DNA of 55,543 nt from a virus. Its lineage: Duplodnaviria > Caudoviricetes. The translations under genes and the position numbers were made by a program. The notes beneath the pieces are model-generated. The model was not told the origin of the DNA and did not search any database. It saw only the letters and a program-made list of their open reading frames with translations. The first letter of the stretch is position 1, and each line of letters begins with the position of its first letter. This document shows, piece after piece, positions 9,901 through 18,991 of the stretch. The DNA is taken from the IMG/VR virus record IMGVR_UViG_3300042210_000075, positions 1-55,543 of that record; one strand, 5' to 3'.

Positions 9901-12900
9901 TTGAAGTTGGTTTCGCTCAGCTACGTGAGCAAGCAGCTCATCAAATAGAATGAAATCCGCTTGTTCTGTTGAAATCTCATTGTTTGAGACAGCGTTATTG
10001 GTCATATCAACATACTGAGAAAGGTCAACACCCATACTTCTGGCCAGCTTGAGTACACCACTCTTACCACCAATCATATTGCGAATGTTTGCCAGCTCAT
10101 TCTTTATGTCGTCACCAAACAGAGAGCGTAGGCCATGGTGACCAACCAACTCATGGAAAATGAATCGCTCTGCATGTTCTTTCGATGGGATCTTATCTGC
10201 GATTAAGTAGACCTTCTTAGACTCTGGGTCATAAAGTCCGTTAACCTTACCCTCAACACCATCATTGAAGATCTGGTACTGAATACGGTTTGGCAGGTAT
10301 CGCTCAGAACTGACCACCTCGACCATAGTTTCTGCATGCGCTAAGTCTGGTGAACCTTTGAAAATGTCTTTTACAAAAGCCTGAACCTCTTCTTTTTTCG
10401 GATCGCTGATCACCGGTCTTACCGATGCTCGATACAAGCTATAAAGTGAGACGTTTCCTTTCGCATCCACTTCAGTGCGCAGCGACTGAGCAAACTCTGA
10501 ATAGGCTTTAGAGATACCCTGATCCATTTCTTGGGCGGTTGGGTATGGGTAGTCTGAAGAGTTGTTATCGGGAAGAACGTTCGCTAGGTAATCGTTCGTA
10601 ATACCGTTGTGAGAGTTCTGTTCAATTACCCATGTTTCAAACGAACGAGCCACCAGTTCTACTTCAGTATTCCAATAGGGCTTAGAACGATAGTTATCGC
10701 GCTCGCTTGAACGTTCTGGAAGTTTTGTCTTGTGAATTGCCTCTTTGATGTTATTCCACTTCTCCACCATTTCAGGGCGAAGGCCTTCTATTGCACTCGC
10801 ATTTTTACGGCCTGAAACATTGGTACCATCACCGAAATGGTAATCCAAAGCATGAAACCATTCGTGAGCAAGTGAACCTTTACCTGAGACTTTGGTTAGG
10901 TTGATGACAAAGGTATCAGGTTCGAAGTGTGCAGCTGCTGCACTGCGACCACCTTGACCACGAGCACCAAAGGCTAAACCTAGTTTTCCACCTAGTGAAA
11001 TTGCTCGCGTAGGAATGCCCATCAATCTAGCTAAGTCCACCAGCGAATCATAAGCATTGTTGAGATCTTGCTGGCGTCGCGCACCTTCAACCCAGTTACC
11101 AAACTGAACACCACGGAAACCGAATGCGTTAGTGAAGTCTTCAGGAGTAACATTTCCTTCGCGTTCAATAATGCCATCGCGAGCTCGGTTTTCACCTGAA
11201 CGAACTTGTTCCCTTGCATCTTTACGACGAGCAATGACTTCATCTTCTAACGCTGTTCGGTTTTCTCCAAGGTAGACACGAGCTTCTTTAGTGCTGTCAA
11301 AGCCCGACTTCACTTCAACAACACGGCTACCCACTTTCACCCCGATAAAGGCATCTCCGGTGAAACGTTTCACATAGATACCCATATCAACACGTTGCTT
11401 GGTACCTGACGTTTTAGAATCCGAGTCACTTGCTTGAGCACGAATAAGCTCGATTGCTTTTGGTGCCAATGCATCAATGGATTCAGCATCAATGCTATGA
11501 CGACCATAGGATTTCTTACGCTTAAAGTTAAAACGCTTAACTATGTTGTAGTAATCGGCTTCATAGTTACCCAAGGTTTCAATTTCATCGATCGTCAGTT
11601 CATCAGAGATTTTAGTTAGCAGTTGGCTCATAGGAGAATGGTGTAGTGACAGTGAATCAAAGGCACTGTCTTTATCCATGATTGCCTTGGATAATTGTCG
11701 AACACTGTTAACGCTATCGCTCCAACGTTCCAACTTATAGCCTTTGCGTGGTTTTGAAGGGATCATTCCACGTAGAACGGTCATTAAAGCTAAATGGTAA
11801 TTAGACACGCCATCTTCAGACAGCTTTTTGAGATCAGGCTTAGGAAGAGATTTTGATAGCGGCTCTGCGGCTATTTCAGATGGAGTCATATCTCGGCTAA
11901 TGGCATCGCCAAACTTACCCCACTCATGCTTACGCGCACCATGAAGCACTTCGCCAAAGTCTTCAATCTTCTCTTTGGGTTGTTCATCAACTGGTTTTTC
12001 TTCCGTCTCTTCTGTTGGTTCAACTGCTTCATCTAGCTCTGGTTGTTGTTCCAGTTCTAATTCCTGTTCCGCGTCGTCTACTTGCGAAGTGGGTTCCTGC
12101 GTTTCTTCAACACTCTGCTCTTCACGTTGTACAACTGCTTGAGGCTGTGGTTCTTCTTGCATTGATTCAGGATCAGGCTGAACGTTAGGCATCTGTTCAT
12201 TTTGCATCTCTCTCTGCTGCTTGATTCGACGTAACCGCTCAGTCATTACCGCTTCTTTACTAATGAACTTATTCGCCAGGTTACGAACACCATTCGCCAG
12301 CTGACGCTTAACCTCTGGCAAACTGACTGCGTTTCCATCGATTTCAAGCACGGTACCTTGAGAGGAATCGACAATATCATTTACTGAGTTCATCGCCTCG
12401 GTGATCAGGTTTTCTTTAAACTCGGTTGCTTGAGGCGAAGTCATCCGCTCTTCAAAGAGCGCTTCCGCGCTTTTACGTCTTGCTACGTTTTCAGGCTTAG
12501 CGGCTTCAATCTGCGCTTGGCGCTTGGCTTCTGCCTCGAATGCTTGCAAGCGCTTTTCATGGTTCTGAAATTCAGACAGCACAGCATTAGTATTAAAACC
12601 TTTTGCTCGTTGAATACGGCGCTTCAATCGCTTGCTCATGCCCTTTGTTTTTTCAGTCATGCCAGCATAATCGCGAATTGGTTTACGACCATCTTCACGC
12701 AGCTTCATCGATGCAGGACGGTTACTAAAGTTAGATGCACGCTCGCTAGCCAATCGATTTAGCATTTCATCGGATAGCTGTTGTTGTGGATCAACTGCTT
12801 GGTCAGACTCTTGCTGCATCCGAGCAGCTTCCATATCTCTGCGAGCAGGAATGCTTTGCTGGTTTAAATTGATATCTTGCTGAACATTGTCACGATAGAT

Positions 12901-14781
12901 ACGTTGTGCCGCTTCAGTAGGCCCGTCGCTAGGATTTATTGGCTGTACAGGTTGGCGCTCGTCTTGGTATTCCAGCTCATCACGAAGGGCAATGCCTTGC
13001 TCTTCTCGAACGCGCTGCGCTGCTTCCGTTGGTTGATAATCATTAGGCAAACCATATTTAGAACGAGCTTCAGCATCCATTCGCTGTTGCAAATCATCCT
13101 GCACCATCTCTTCGTTAGGCTGAGACTCGACACCCAATGTTCTCTGGTAGGCGGCATCCACATCCTGAATAAGCCCACTATCTTCATAGCGCTTCAATCG
13201 TTGGCGCAAGATCTGATCAGGTGCCAACTCAACACGGCGGTTAGCCTCAACACGGCGATCAATCGCTGTTTGAAGTGGGTCTATATTTAGTTCGGTAGCT
13301 TGGCGAGCCATATCAAATAGCTCGGCTTCAAGCTGCTCCGCATAGTCTGGGTTGGCGTCAATATCAGGGTTTGACAGTTCACGAGAGATAGATTGATAAC
13401 GATCAGGGTCATAGGCTCGTGCTAAATCCAGAACGTTTTGCTGCTCATTACGTTCAGGTAATACACCTTTTTCTTGAAGTGCTGCGCGGGTTGCTGTTCG
13501 TCTTGCTGAAAGCTCATTCTCTATCTTACGCTGCTTAGCACCGGATAGCGCATCACTGACCGCTCTGTTTGAATCATCGTGGCGATTAAGTTCAGCGTCT
13601 AGATTAGTGTTTCCTGTGATCGGCTCTTCAACCGCTCTTTGCTCTGGGCTCAACTCTTCTGGTTGAACGTCAGCCAACGGAGCCTGCACAGGTTCTGCAA
13701 TAACCGCCTCTTCCACACTCGAATTACGATTGCGACGACCAGCCATAAATCCTTCAGCACCGTTAACCGTGCCACCAAGAACACCACCGATCACGCCTTC
13801 ATTCAGCGCACTCGAAGCGACTCCAGTAGATATATCGAAGTTAGGATCAACCAAATCACGGTAAACCTCATTCGACACTAGGGCTTCAACGCCACCTTGC
13901 GAGGCTTCTTGTGTACCTTCAATAGCAAACCCTTTCGCTAAACCACCTTTAAGACTATTTGAAGGGTTGAAGATATTGCCAGTGATACCCAAACCACGAC
14001 CACCAACAGCACCAGACAAGCCACCAATGGTATTCACTGCGGTTAACTTAGGATCGTAAAAAACTCTATCCGCTGCTTGTTCAGCTAACGCATTGCGAGC
14101 GGCGACACCAATTTGCTCATCGCTATACTGTTGGTTGTTTGGGTCTTCACGAAGCTGCCAATACATCTCAGAAAATGCCGGGCTTTTTTGCAGGTCTTGA
14201 AATGACATGCTCTGGTACTTTTCTCGCTCACTATTGGCAATCATACCGTTACCAACAACAACGCTAACCGCACCGTTTGCTACTATGTCTTTCGCCTTCC
14301 CTTTGAAACCTAGCTTTGCTGCTTCTTTTGTCGCGGCAGTTTTTAAGGCTTGCTTACCTGCAGCAGTGGCGAGTAATTTCACTCCACCTTTCGCCAACGC
14401 ACCACCAGCACCACCCGTACCAAGAAAGCTACCAATAGTACCGACACCTTGGCCTAGATAGTTAAGCCATGCTCGACCGTTTAGAGCACCTTCACCAAAA
14501 GTAAGATCACCATTCTCATCTTCAGTAAAGATTTGCTGAGTAAGGGCGTTCTGGCCAGCTTCAGACATTTCAGAGACCTGTGCATCTGCTCTCTCATTTA
14601 ACCAGTTACGCATTCCACCACCGTAGCCGGTTAACTGGTCAATAGTTTCGAACGTGCCAGCCATACCCTGATAGAAACCACGCTGAACACTGTCAACGAA
14701 ATCCCCAACCATGCCTTGTTCATCAACCGAATCGTCGGGCTGTGTGCCTAAGTTTAAGCTGCGTATTGGGCTACGATACAT
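6904..14781 (-). CDS. Giant internal virion/ejection polyvalent protein (LPD-like, two HExxH-type motifs, PLxRFG domain)
   Basis: 2625 aa; KIEDFGE..GARK, FGFRGVQFGNW, SLAHEWFHALD, FHELVGHHGL, YFPLARFG; last gene of the structural operon. Confidence 0.8.
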   Translation of the reverse strand: MYRSPIRSLNLGTQPDDSVDEQGMVGDFVDSVQRGFYQGMAGTFETIDQLTGYGGGMRNWLNERADAQVSEMSEAGQNALTQQIFTEDENGDLTFGEGALNGRAWLNYLGQGVGTIGSFLGTGGAGGALAKGGVKLLATAAGKQALKTAATKEAAKLGFKGKAKDIVANGAVSVVVGNGMIANSEREKYQSMSFQDLQKSPAFSEMYWQLREDPNNQQYSDEQIGVAARNALAEQAADRVFYDPKLTAVNTIGGLSGAVGGRGLGITGNIFNPSNSLKGGLAKGFAIEGTQEASQGGVEALVSNEVYRDLVDPNFDISTGVASSALNEGVIGGVLGGTVNGAEGFMAGRRNRNSSVEEAVIAEPVQAPLADVQPEELSPEQRAVEEPITGNTNLDAELNRHDDSNRAVSDALSGAKQRKIENELSARRTATRAALQEKGVLPERNEQQNVLDLARAYDPDRYQSISRELSNPDIDANPDYAEQLEAELFDMARQATELNIDPLQTAIDRRVEANRRVELAPDQILRQRLKRYEDSGLIQDVDAAYQRTLGVESQPNEEMVQDDLQQRMDAEARSKYGLPNDYQPTEAAQRVREEQGIALRDELEYQDERQPVQPINPSDGPTEAAQRIYRDNVQQDINLNQQSIPARRDMEAARMQQESDQAVDPQQQLSDEMLNRLASERASNFSNRPASMKLREDGRKPIRDYAGMTEKTKGMSKRLKRRIQRAKGFNTNAVLSEFQNHEKRLQAFEAEAKRQAQIEAAKPENVARRKSAEALFEERMTSPQATEFKENLITEAMNSVNDIVDSSQGTVLEIDGNAVSLPEVKRQLANGVRNLANKFISKEAVMTERLRRIKQQREMQNEQMPNVQPDPESMQEEPQPQAVVQREEQSVEETQEPTSQVDDAEQELELEQQPELDEAVEPTEETEEKPVDEQPKEKIEDFGEVLHGARKHEWGKFGDAISRDMTPSEIAAEPLSKSLPKPDLKKLSEDGVSNYHLALMTVLRGMIPSKPRKGYKLERWSDSVNSVRQLSKAIMDKDSAFDSLSLHHSPMSQLLTKISDELTIDEIETLGNYEADYYNIVKRFNFKRKKSYGRHSIDAESIDALAPKAIELIRAQASDSDSKTSGTKQRVDMGIYVKRFTGDAFIGVKVGSRVVEVKSGFDSTKEARVYLGENRTALEDEVIARRKDAREQVRSGENRARDGIIEREGNVTPEDFTNAFGFRGVQFGNWVEGARRQQDLNNAYDSLVDLARLMGIPTRAISLGGKLGLAFGARGQGGRSAAAAHFEPDTFVINLTKVSGKGSLAHEWFHALDYHFGDGTNVSGRKNASAIEGLRPEMVEKWNNIKEAIHKTKLPERSSERDNYRSKPYWNTEVELVARSFETWVIEQNSHNGITNDYLANVLPDNNSSDYPYPTAQEMDQGISKAYSEFAQSLRTEVDAKGNVSLYSLYRASVRPVISDPKKEEVQAFVKDIFKGSPDLAHAETMVEVVSSERYLPNRIQYQIFNDGVEGKVNGLYDPESKKVYLIADKIPSKEHAERFIFHELVGHHGLRSLFGDDIKNELANIRNMIGGKSGVLKLARSMGVDLSQYVDMTNNAVSNNEISTEQADFILFDELLAHVAERNQLQSAVGKLITKIKAWLRRHGFNTLASYGKSDLMELLTNIRTSLNNPPPTTPPSGKSRVNYSLSGDTRPDVDKVLNTKQKNLVKRIKAAISGFAPIEALGRNKYAMLTLRQMGEVAGFIDKNLEMMIDGYQQEVNSMISTQNTLAEEAATISDELSNWAKKNRKAADQLFEFAHDATLADVDPSKPFASRTEELTTEKQRLERAYKEYGGSNSDRGRAIYEELKEVRDLLKQEPNRQKDHLRLKPIWGRLNAEQKAKFREMRDYYIKQGERFDKALEENINRAVQDQKIRKEMLAKLRQRQELRAKGLYFPLARFGDYWIDFADKNGERQYMMFESKAEMETARDNLRDAGFEVKSGMKAQGNEGQQVSLPFVADVLDLIRSSKMNQHNADTLADQVYQMYLRTLPGRSLRRNFIHRKGVEGFSNDAIRVLADNGFKQSRQQARLDHMDILDNHLVAIKKYADSSSDNAEISRITEEMDKRHEWVRNPQRSAWAQKLTSIGFTWLLGLTPAAALVNLTQNLQVAIPVLGSKHGFAKSSYMMANTSKEFLSNATALLSGKDKKRGYGVMGNFLKGEELEAFRTAVKQGVIDVTQAADLAGLAENPNAKYSGTWNKAMNIIGWAFHNAEVFNREVTFMSAYRLAKEKFGDHQKAIDQAIKDTWESHFDYTSTNRARFMQSDLAAVALQFKQYSQNMTYYLWSNLAKSLKGETPEVKAQARKQLLSTLAMTFGIGGLGALPLSALVIAADAAQAAFGDDDEPWSAEVELKAMLSDAVGKENAALLWYGSLPSISGRISLNDLWVRSIDRDIDTDEKYMEYIKQGLGPVVGGIGFSFAQGLSDIGDDFGIRSAEKMSPKVVKDMLKMARYINEEGVFTRTGAQVVGDMSPVELAGQALGFSSGRANIQYDENNAAKNYEAHLTKRRSQLMNGYYTAYRLGDKQALSQVMEQIAKWNQSKYGRMNPITSKAIQTSIKARVKNLQKTSSGVRINDKYRSLLTDYDYF

Positions 14782-14797
14782 TTTTTGGAATCCTTAG

Positions 14798-14852
14798 AAA
14801 CAAAAAACCCGCTCAAATGGCGGGCATAAAAAAACCGACTCAAGAGAGTCGG
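14798..14852 (-). terminator. Two tandem intrinsic terminators upstream of the giant gene
   Basis: CCGACTC/GAGTCGG+T run, then CCCGC/GCGGG+T run on minus strand. Confidence 0.75.
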
Positions 14853-14858
14853 CTAGTC

Positions 14859-14896
14859 ATTATTGGAAATTATCGCGCAACTCGCGCAGATTGCAA
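14859..14896 (-). promoter_or_regulatory. Late promoter, copy 3 (pR'/qut-like)
   Basis: TTGCAA-16-GATAAT with GAGTTGCGCGATAATTTCCAATAAT shared with 30245-30282 and 36569-36606. Confidence 0.7.
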
Positions 14897-14906
14897 CTAG
14901 GATGAA

Positions 14907-15284
14907 TTATTTGTACTCCGTTCTTGAGCACTCTCCAAACTTAGTATCAAACCAAGACGCATCAACACATGTGCTTACACAGTTAAAGTGTCTTTTCTTA
15001 TTTTCAAAAGAGTTTTTTGTAAACATATCTTCCGTAATTTCTTCACATTTTTTAGGAAATGAATCAACGTAACATCGATAACGACTACCGACTCCTTCCC
15101 TGCTCATACAAACATCTACAGACTTTTTAAGTGATTGATAAAAAGATTGCTCTTTTGTGAGAGAAGTTGATGTCAACTGAATATCTCTTATGGGACTTCG
15201 GTACGGAATACTAGATTCTGCGAATGAAGAAGCCGCAAAAATCAAAAGATAGACTGATACTAAAACGGATTTAAAAATTTTCAT
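14907..15284 (-). CDS. Secreted Cys-rich protein (moron)
   Basis: Sec signal peptide ending SFA; 6 Cys; AT-rich. Confidence 0.7.
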   Translation of the reverse strand: MKIFKSVLVSVYLLIFAASSFAESSIPYRSPIRDIQLTSTSLTKEQSFYQSLKKSVDVCMSREGVGSRYRCYVDSFPKKCEEITEDMFTKNSFENKKRHFNCVSTCVDASWFDTKFGECSRTEYK

Positions 15285-15300
15285 TTAACTACCACAGATA

Positions 15301-15924
15301 CTATGAATTATTTTTCGGAAACACTTTACTTATGAAGTTCCATAGCTTGCTGTCTTCTACTGTTGGTGTTAGAAGAATCTGCAACTGTTTAGGGCTAGAC
15401 TCCTTGCTACATAAAATAATCTCGGACTCGCCATATTTAACGCCTGAACTTGTAATCAAAGGTAAAACGCTAGTTGCACAGTTTTGCTCAGATGCATGGT
15501 CTAGGAACAGTAAGATGTAGCTTTGTTGGTAGTAGCATTCGCTGAGGCTTTTGGACTGAGCTTCCGAATACTTAGCAGCACAATCCATATCGAGATTAGC
15601 GACATTATTTAGAAGAGTGACGTTATTTTTTGCTTGGTAATGCTTATGAAGTTCTTCGAAAGAATCAGCATACCAGCTCATAGGAGAAAGTAAGGTTGGT
15701 TTAACCTCATCCTTGTAGGAGGTTAATGCCACAGCTTCGACATTCCCTTTTTTGCCCCAGTATGTAGCTAAATGATGAACATCTTCTGAGACAGACGCTT
15801 TATCTTCTAACTTAGTAAGAATGAGATCGTTTTTTAAAGATACGGTATCAGGAGTTACTTGAGTTGATGCACAACCTGAAAGAGCCGCAAAAAGAAGGAC
15901 CGAAAGAGACCACAGTTTAAACAT
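15301..15924 (-). CDS. Lipoprotein (moron)
   Basis: Signal peptide with lipobox LSG-C; AAGGA RBS. Confidence 0.75.
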   Translation of the reverse strand: MFKLWSLSVLLFAALSGCASTQVTPDTVSLKNDLILTKLEDKASVSEDVHHLATYWGKKGNVEAVALTSYKDEVKPTLLSPMSWYADSFEELHKHYQAKNNVTLLNNVANLDMDCAAKYSEAQSKSLSECYYQQSYILLFLDHASEQNCATSVLPLITSSGVKYGESEIILCSKESSPKQLQILLTPTVEDSKLWNFISKVFPKNNS

Positions 15925-15940
15925 TCACTTTCCTTGTTCA

Positions 15941-16165
15941 TTATTGGAGCGCCAATATAATCGCCAACTTCGTTGACTCATACAGCTCAGCGATAGCAGG
16001 AAAGCCACCACCAGTGTATGCAATTAAAGCGTCGTAATAAGGTGATAACTGATAACGTATTGCACCGAAGGCAAACAGTACTACAAAAACGAAAACAGCT
16101 AACATTGTTGGTTCTTGAATGAAATAATCACGCAGTTTAGAAAACATGAGTGCATCCTTGGTCAT
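15941..16165 (-). CDS. Small membrane protein (moron)
   Basis: GAGG RBS; hydrophobic stretch. Confidence 0.6.
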   Translation of the reverse strand: MTKDALMFSKLRDYFIQEPTMLAVFVFVVLFAFGAIRYQLSPYYDALIAYTGGGFPAIAELYESTKLAIILALQ

Positions 16166-16235
16166 AACCTCGCACTCAGTTTAGATGCTTACGTGCTTAT
16201 GAATCTAGTCTCAACTTCAAATTAACAACAATTCG

Positions 16236-17018
16236 TTAGAACGGTCTCACTGCACCAGACTGTCTCAATGTATCCAAGTCAGCGGTAGGCTTACTTTCAG
16301 CTGGGTTAGCTCTCATACGATTGAGAACTCCACCGGCTCTTTGGATAAACTGAGGCGAACGTTGTAAATATTCGCTTTCCCCTTGGTTCAATGAAGGTGA
16401 AACATTCGCCGTTGCACCGTCATCTCGTTTAATCGGAATAACAAATCCGCTATCTACATTAGATACCGTTTGGGTATTTGAATTGTTCACCGGCTCTGGA
16501 GTTTCAAATTGACTCAAGAATGATTTGGCACTGGAATGAAACGAACCATACAAAGGGCTAAATTCGGACATACCCGGATTGTTTTCAACCAATTCATCTA
16601 GCCTCGCGTACAGTGGTGCAGCAGCTGCCAGCTTTTGCTCTGGTGACATCAATGAATCAGTCTCGATCTTGTCGATGCTGGTTAGGTATTTTGAACCCTG
16701 ACTTTCAAAGCTTTTAATACGGTTAACCAAAAGAGTGTTACTTTTTGAACTCTTCTCGCTCGATTTGTCACGAAGCTTAGCAAGCTCAATGTCATGTTTA
16801 CGCTGAGCTTCTGCATCATCTAACTTATCGGCCCGTTGCTGAGCGTAACGGCCATCTTCATAAGACCGTTGTTCTGCAACTCTTGAAGAGTACTTTTCAT
16901 CTTCACGTTGCTCTTTAGCTAGATCTTCTTGAGCTTTGATAGAGCGACGAGCGTTCTCACGAAAACCTTCACCACCACCTTGCATCATGCTGCCTAAGAT
17001 ACCTAAACCTGAAGCCAT
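16236..17018 (-). CDS. Putative ejection/internal virion protein
   Basis: Gly-rich N-terminus plus coiled coil; position in virion operon. Confidence 0.55.
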   Translation of the reverse strand: MASGLGILGSMMQGGGEGFRENARRSIKAQEDLAKEQREDEKYSSRVAEQRSYEDGRYAQQRADKLDDAEAQRKHDIELAKLRDKSSEKSSKSNTLLVNRIKSFESQGSKYLTSIDKIETDSLMSPEQKLAAAAPLYARLDELVENNPGMSEFSPLYGSFHSSAKSFLSQFETPEPVNNSNTQTVSNVDSGFVIPIKRDDGATANVSPSLNQGESEYLQRSPQFIQRAGGVLNRMRANPAESKPTADLDTLRQSGAVRPF

Positions 17019-17467
17019 TACATACCTCCCATTGGTGCCTGCTGTTGAGGTGGCTGTTCATTCGGCTGCTGCATACCTTGGCTAACCATCTGCATAAACT
17101 GCTCATATTTAGCAAGTTCTTCAGGTGATAAAGACTGTTGCGACATAGCCAAGAACTGCTGCATAGCCACTTCGAAGATTTGGGATAACAACTCATCCAT
17201 TTGTTCTTCTGGAATATTGAACTGTGCTAATGCTTGCTGCGCAATATCTACAGCGCTTTGAATAACGATCTGAGCAGGTACTTGTTTCTTGTGCTTCTTC
17301 GCTTCTTCAACAGTGGCCGACATAGCAAAAGCAATGATCCCACCTAAACTACCCGGAACATCGTTAGGGTCCACTTGAGCACCAGACTGCTGAATACTCT
17401 TCTGCATAATGCGGTTAAATGTTTCCTGCATCTGCGCTTGGCCGTTTTGCTGCATTTTATTTAGCAT
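17018..17467 (-). CDS. Gln-rich hypothetical virion-operon protein
   Basis: TAATG coupling at both ends. Confidence 0.6.
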   Translation of the reverse strand: MLNKMQQNGQAQMQETFNRIMQKSIQQSGAQVDPNDVPGSLGGIIAFAMSATVEEAKKHKKQVPAQIVIQSAVDIAQQALAQFNIPEEQMDELLSQIFEVAMQQFLAMSQQSLSPEELAKYEQFMQMVSQGMQQPNEQPPQQQAPMGGM

Positions 17468-18636
17468 TATCTTTTAAACCCCATTCCGTAGTTAAATTTG
17501 AAATCATCACCAGACGCCCATTCAAAGCTTGGTAATTCAGGCTGCTGGGCAAGAGAAGTGTTACTCTGTTCAGTAGTTCCCTTTGCAACCATGTTTGCAA
17601 GTATCCCTGTTGTTCGGTCTTGGCCTGAATCTCTGTCACTTCGGATACTATTGCTGTCGATGTTGCTACTCGATACATCAATACCTAAGCGAGCTAACTC
17701 TTCAGCATTTTTCCTGTTCCAACGCTCTCTCCCTAGGATTGGGTCTGCAACGTTGCTCATTAAGTTAGTGAATGGATTACTTAATGCAGGGGCAATATTT
17801 GCGGCGGTTTTACTTCCGTTGAGTAACCCTGCCATCGTGCCAGCTTGTGCAGTTCCCAGCACATTGCTAACGATACCGTTGTTACTCATTTCATCTTTAA
17901 CGGCTGAAGACAGCTTGTCTTGTTTTGCCGCATTATCAAGATTGGCTTGAAAGATATTTGGAGCCAAGGACGCTGTGAGATTGTCTGCCCATGCTTGTGA
18001 TTCAAGTGAATCATCAGCCAGTGCCTTTTTAGCGACGTCTACCAAGTTAGAACCAATGCCAGGTGCAACCGCATCTGCAATTGTTCCAGCGGCACCATAA
18101 GCGATATCACGATCAACACTATTATTCGCTGACTCTATTGCTTTGACCATATCATCGTCTGAGATGCGTGTGCCGCTTGGTAGTGAGCGTTGAACATCCG
18201 AAGTAATACCCATGCTTTCTTGGGCTTTGGTTGGACTACTTAAGCTCATACGACTAAGAATTCCTGATCCCATCGCTGTATTCGACAACTGACCAAATCC
18301 ACCAAAGCTACCAGCTTCTTCCTTGGCTTTCGCTTCAGCTTCCTCTCTTGCTTCTTTCTCCGCTTTAGCTTTGGCTTTTCGCTCTTTTTCTTCTCGAGCT
18401 TTACGTTCGGCCTCTTCTCGAGCTTTACGTTCGGCCTCAGCTTTACGTCTAGCTTCTTCTCTTTCACGAGCTTCACGCTGCTCACGCATGCGACTACTGT
18501 TTCTATCCCGACGCCCGCGATCGCTACCCCAACCGCTACCATCACCACCAGCAGCATGACCGCGATCGCTACGGTCACTCGCATCATTACTTGAACCGTT
18601 GGCTGAACCACCAGTTGCGTCTGTATCACGTCCCAT
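17467..18636 (-). CDS. Putative ejection protein with EKRA-rich coiled coil
   Basis: Gly/Ser-rich N-terminus, EAERKARE repeats, position in operon. Confidence 0.55.
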   Translation of the reverse strand: MGRDTDATGGSANGSSNDASDRSDRGHAAGGDGSGWGSDRGRRDRNSSRMREQREAREREEARRKAEAERKAREEAERKAREEKERKAKAKAEKEAREEAEAKAKEEAGSFGGFGQLSNTAMGSGILSRMSLSSPTKAQESMGITSDVQRSLPSGTRISDDDMVKAIESANNSVDRDIAYGAAGTIADAVAPGIGSNLVDVAKKALADDSLESQAWADNLTASLAPNIFQANLDNAAKQDKLSSAVKDEMSNNGIVSNVLGTAQAGTMAGLLNGSKTAANIAPALSNPFTNLMSNVADPILGRERWNRKNAEELARLGIDVSSSNIDSNSIRSDRDSGQDRTTGILANMVAKGTTEQSNTSLAQQPELPSFEWASGDDFKFNYGMGFKR

Positions 18637-18637
18637 A

Positions 18638-18979
18638 CTATCCTCGCATTCGGTTTAGGATGCCACCTGACAACTTACCTTTCCCTGCAAGCGTGTTTCG
18701 GTCTGCCCCTATGTTGTAATCAAACCCTGCCAAATTAGATGTGTCGGCCCATTGAGTAAGCTTGTTCTTCTGATCTTGCTCGTAGTTGGAAAAGTCTATT
18801 TTCTGCTGTTGTTGTAAGTTCATTTGCTCAAGCACATCTTGTTGCTTCTGTTTCTGAAGCTCAGACTCAGCGAGATAGTTACCAGCTGCGCCAGCAATCG
18901 CCCCAGCGACTTGCTGACCACCATCGCTCTTCAACCAATTCATAGCTGAATTGAATGAGTCTGAAAATGTAAAGGCCAT
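18638..18979 (-). CDS. Putative internal virion protein
   Basis: AGAIAGAAG segment plus Gln-rich coil; GGAG RBS. Confidence 0.55.
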   Translation of the reverse strand: MAFTFSDSFNSAMNWLKSDGGQQVAGAIAGAAGNYLAESELQKQKQQDVLEQMNLQQQQKIDFSNYEQDQKNKLTQWADTSNLAGFDYNIGADRNTLAGKGKLSGGILNRMRG

Positions 18980-18991
18980 AGTGTGTCTCCG

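Noticed and set aside
7273-14461. Short ORFs nested in or antisense to the giant gene (and similar ones elsewhere)
   Set aside because: No recognisable motifs; expected shadow ORFs
18391-18438. 24-bp tandem repeat
   Set aside because: In-frame EAERKARE coiled-coil duplication; not a CRISPR or regulatory array
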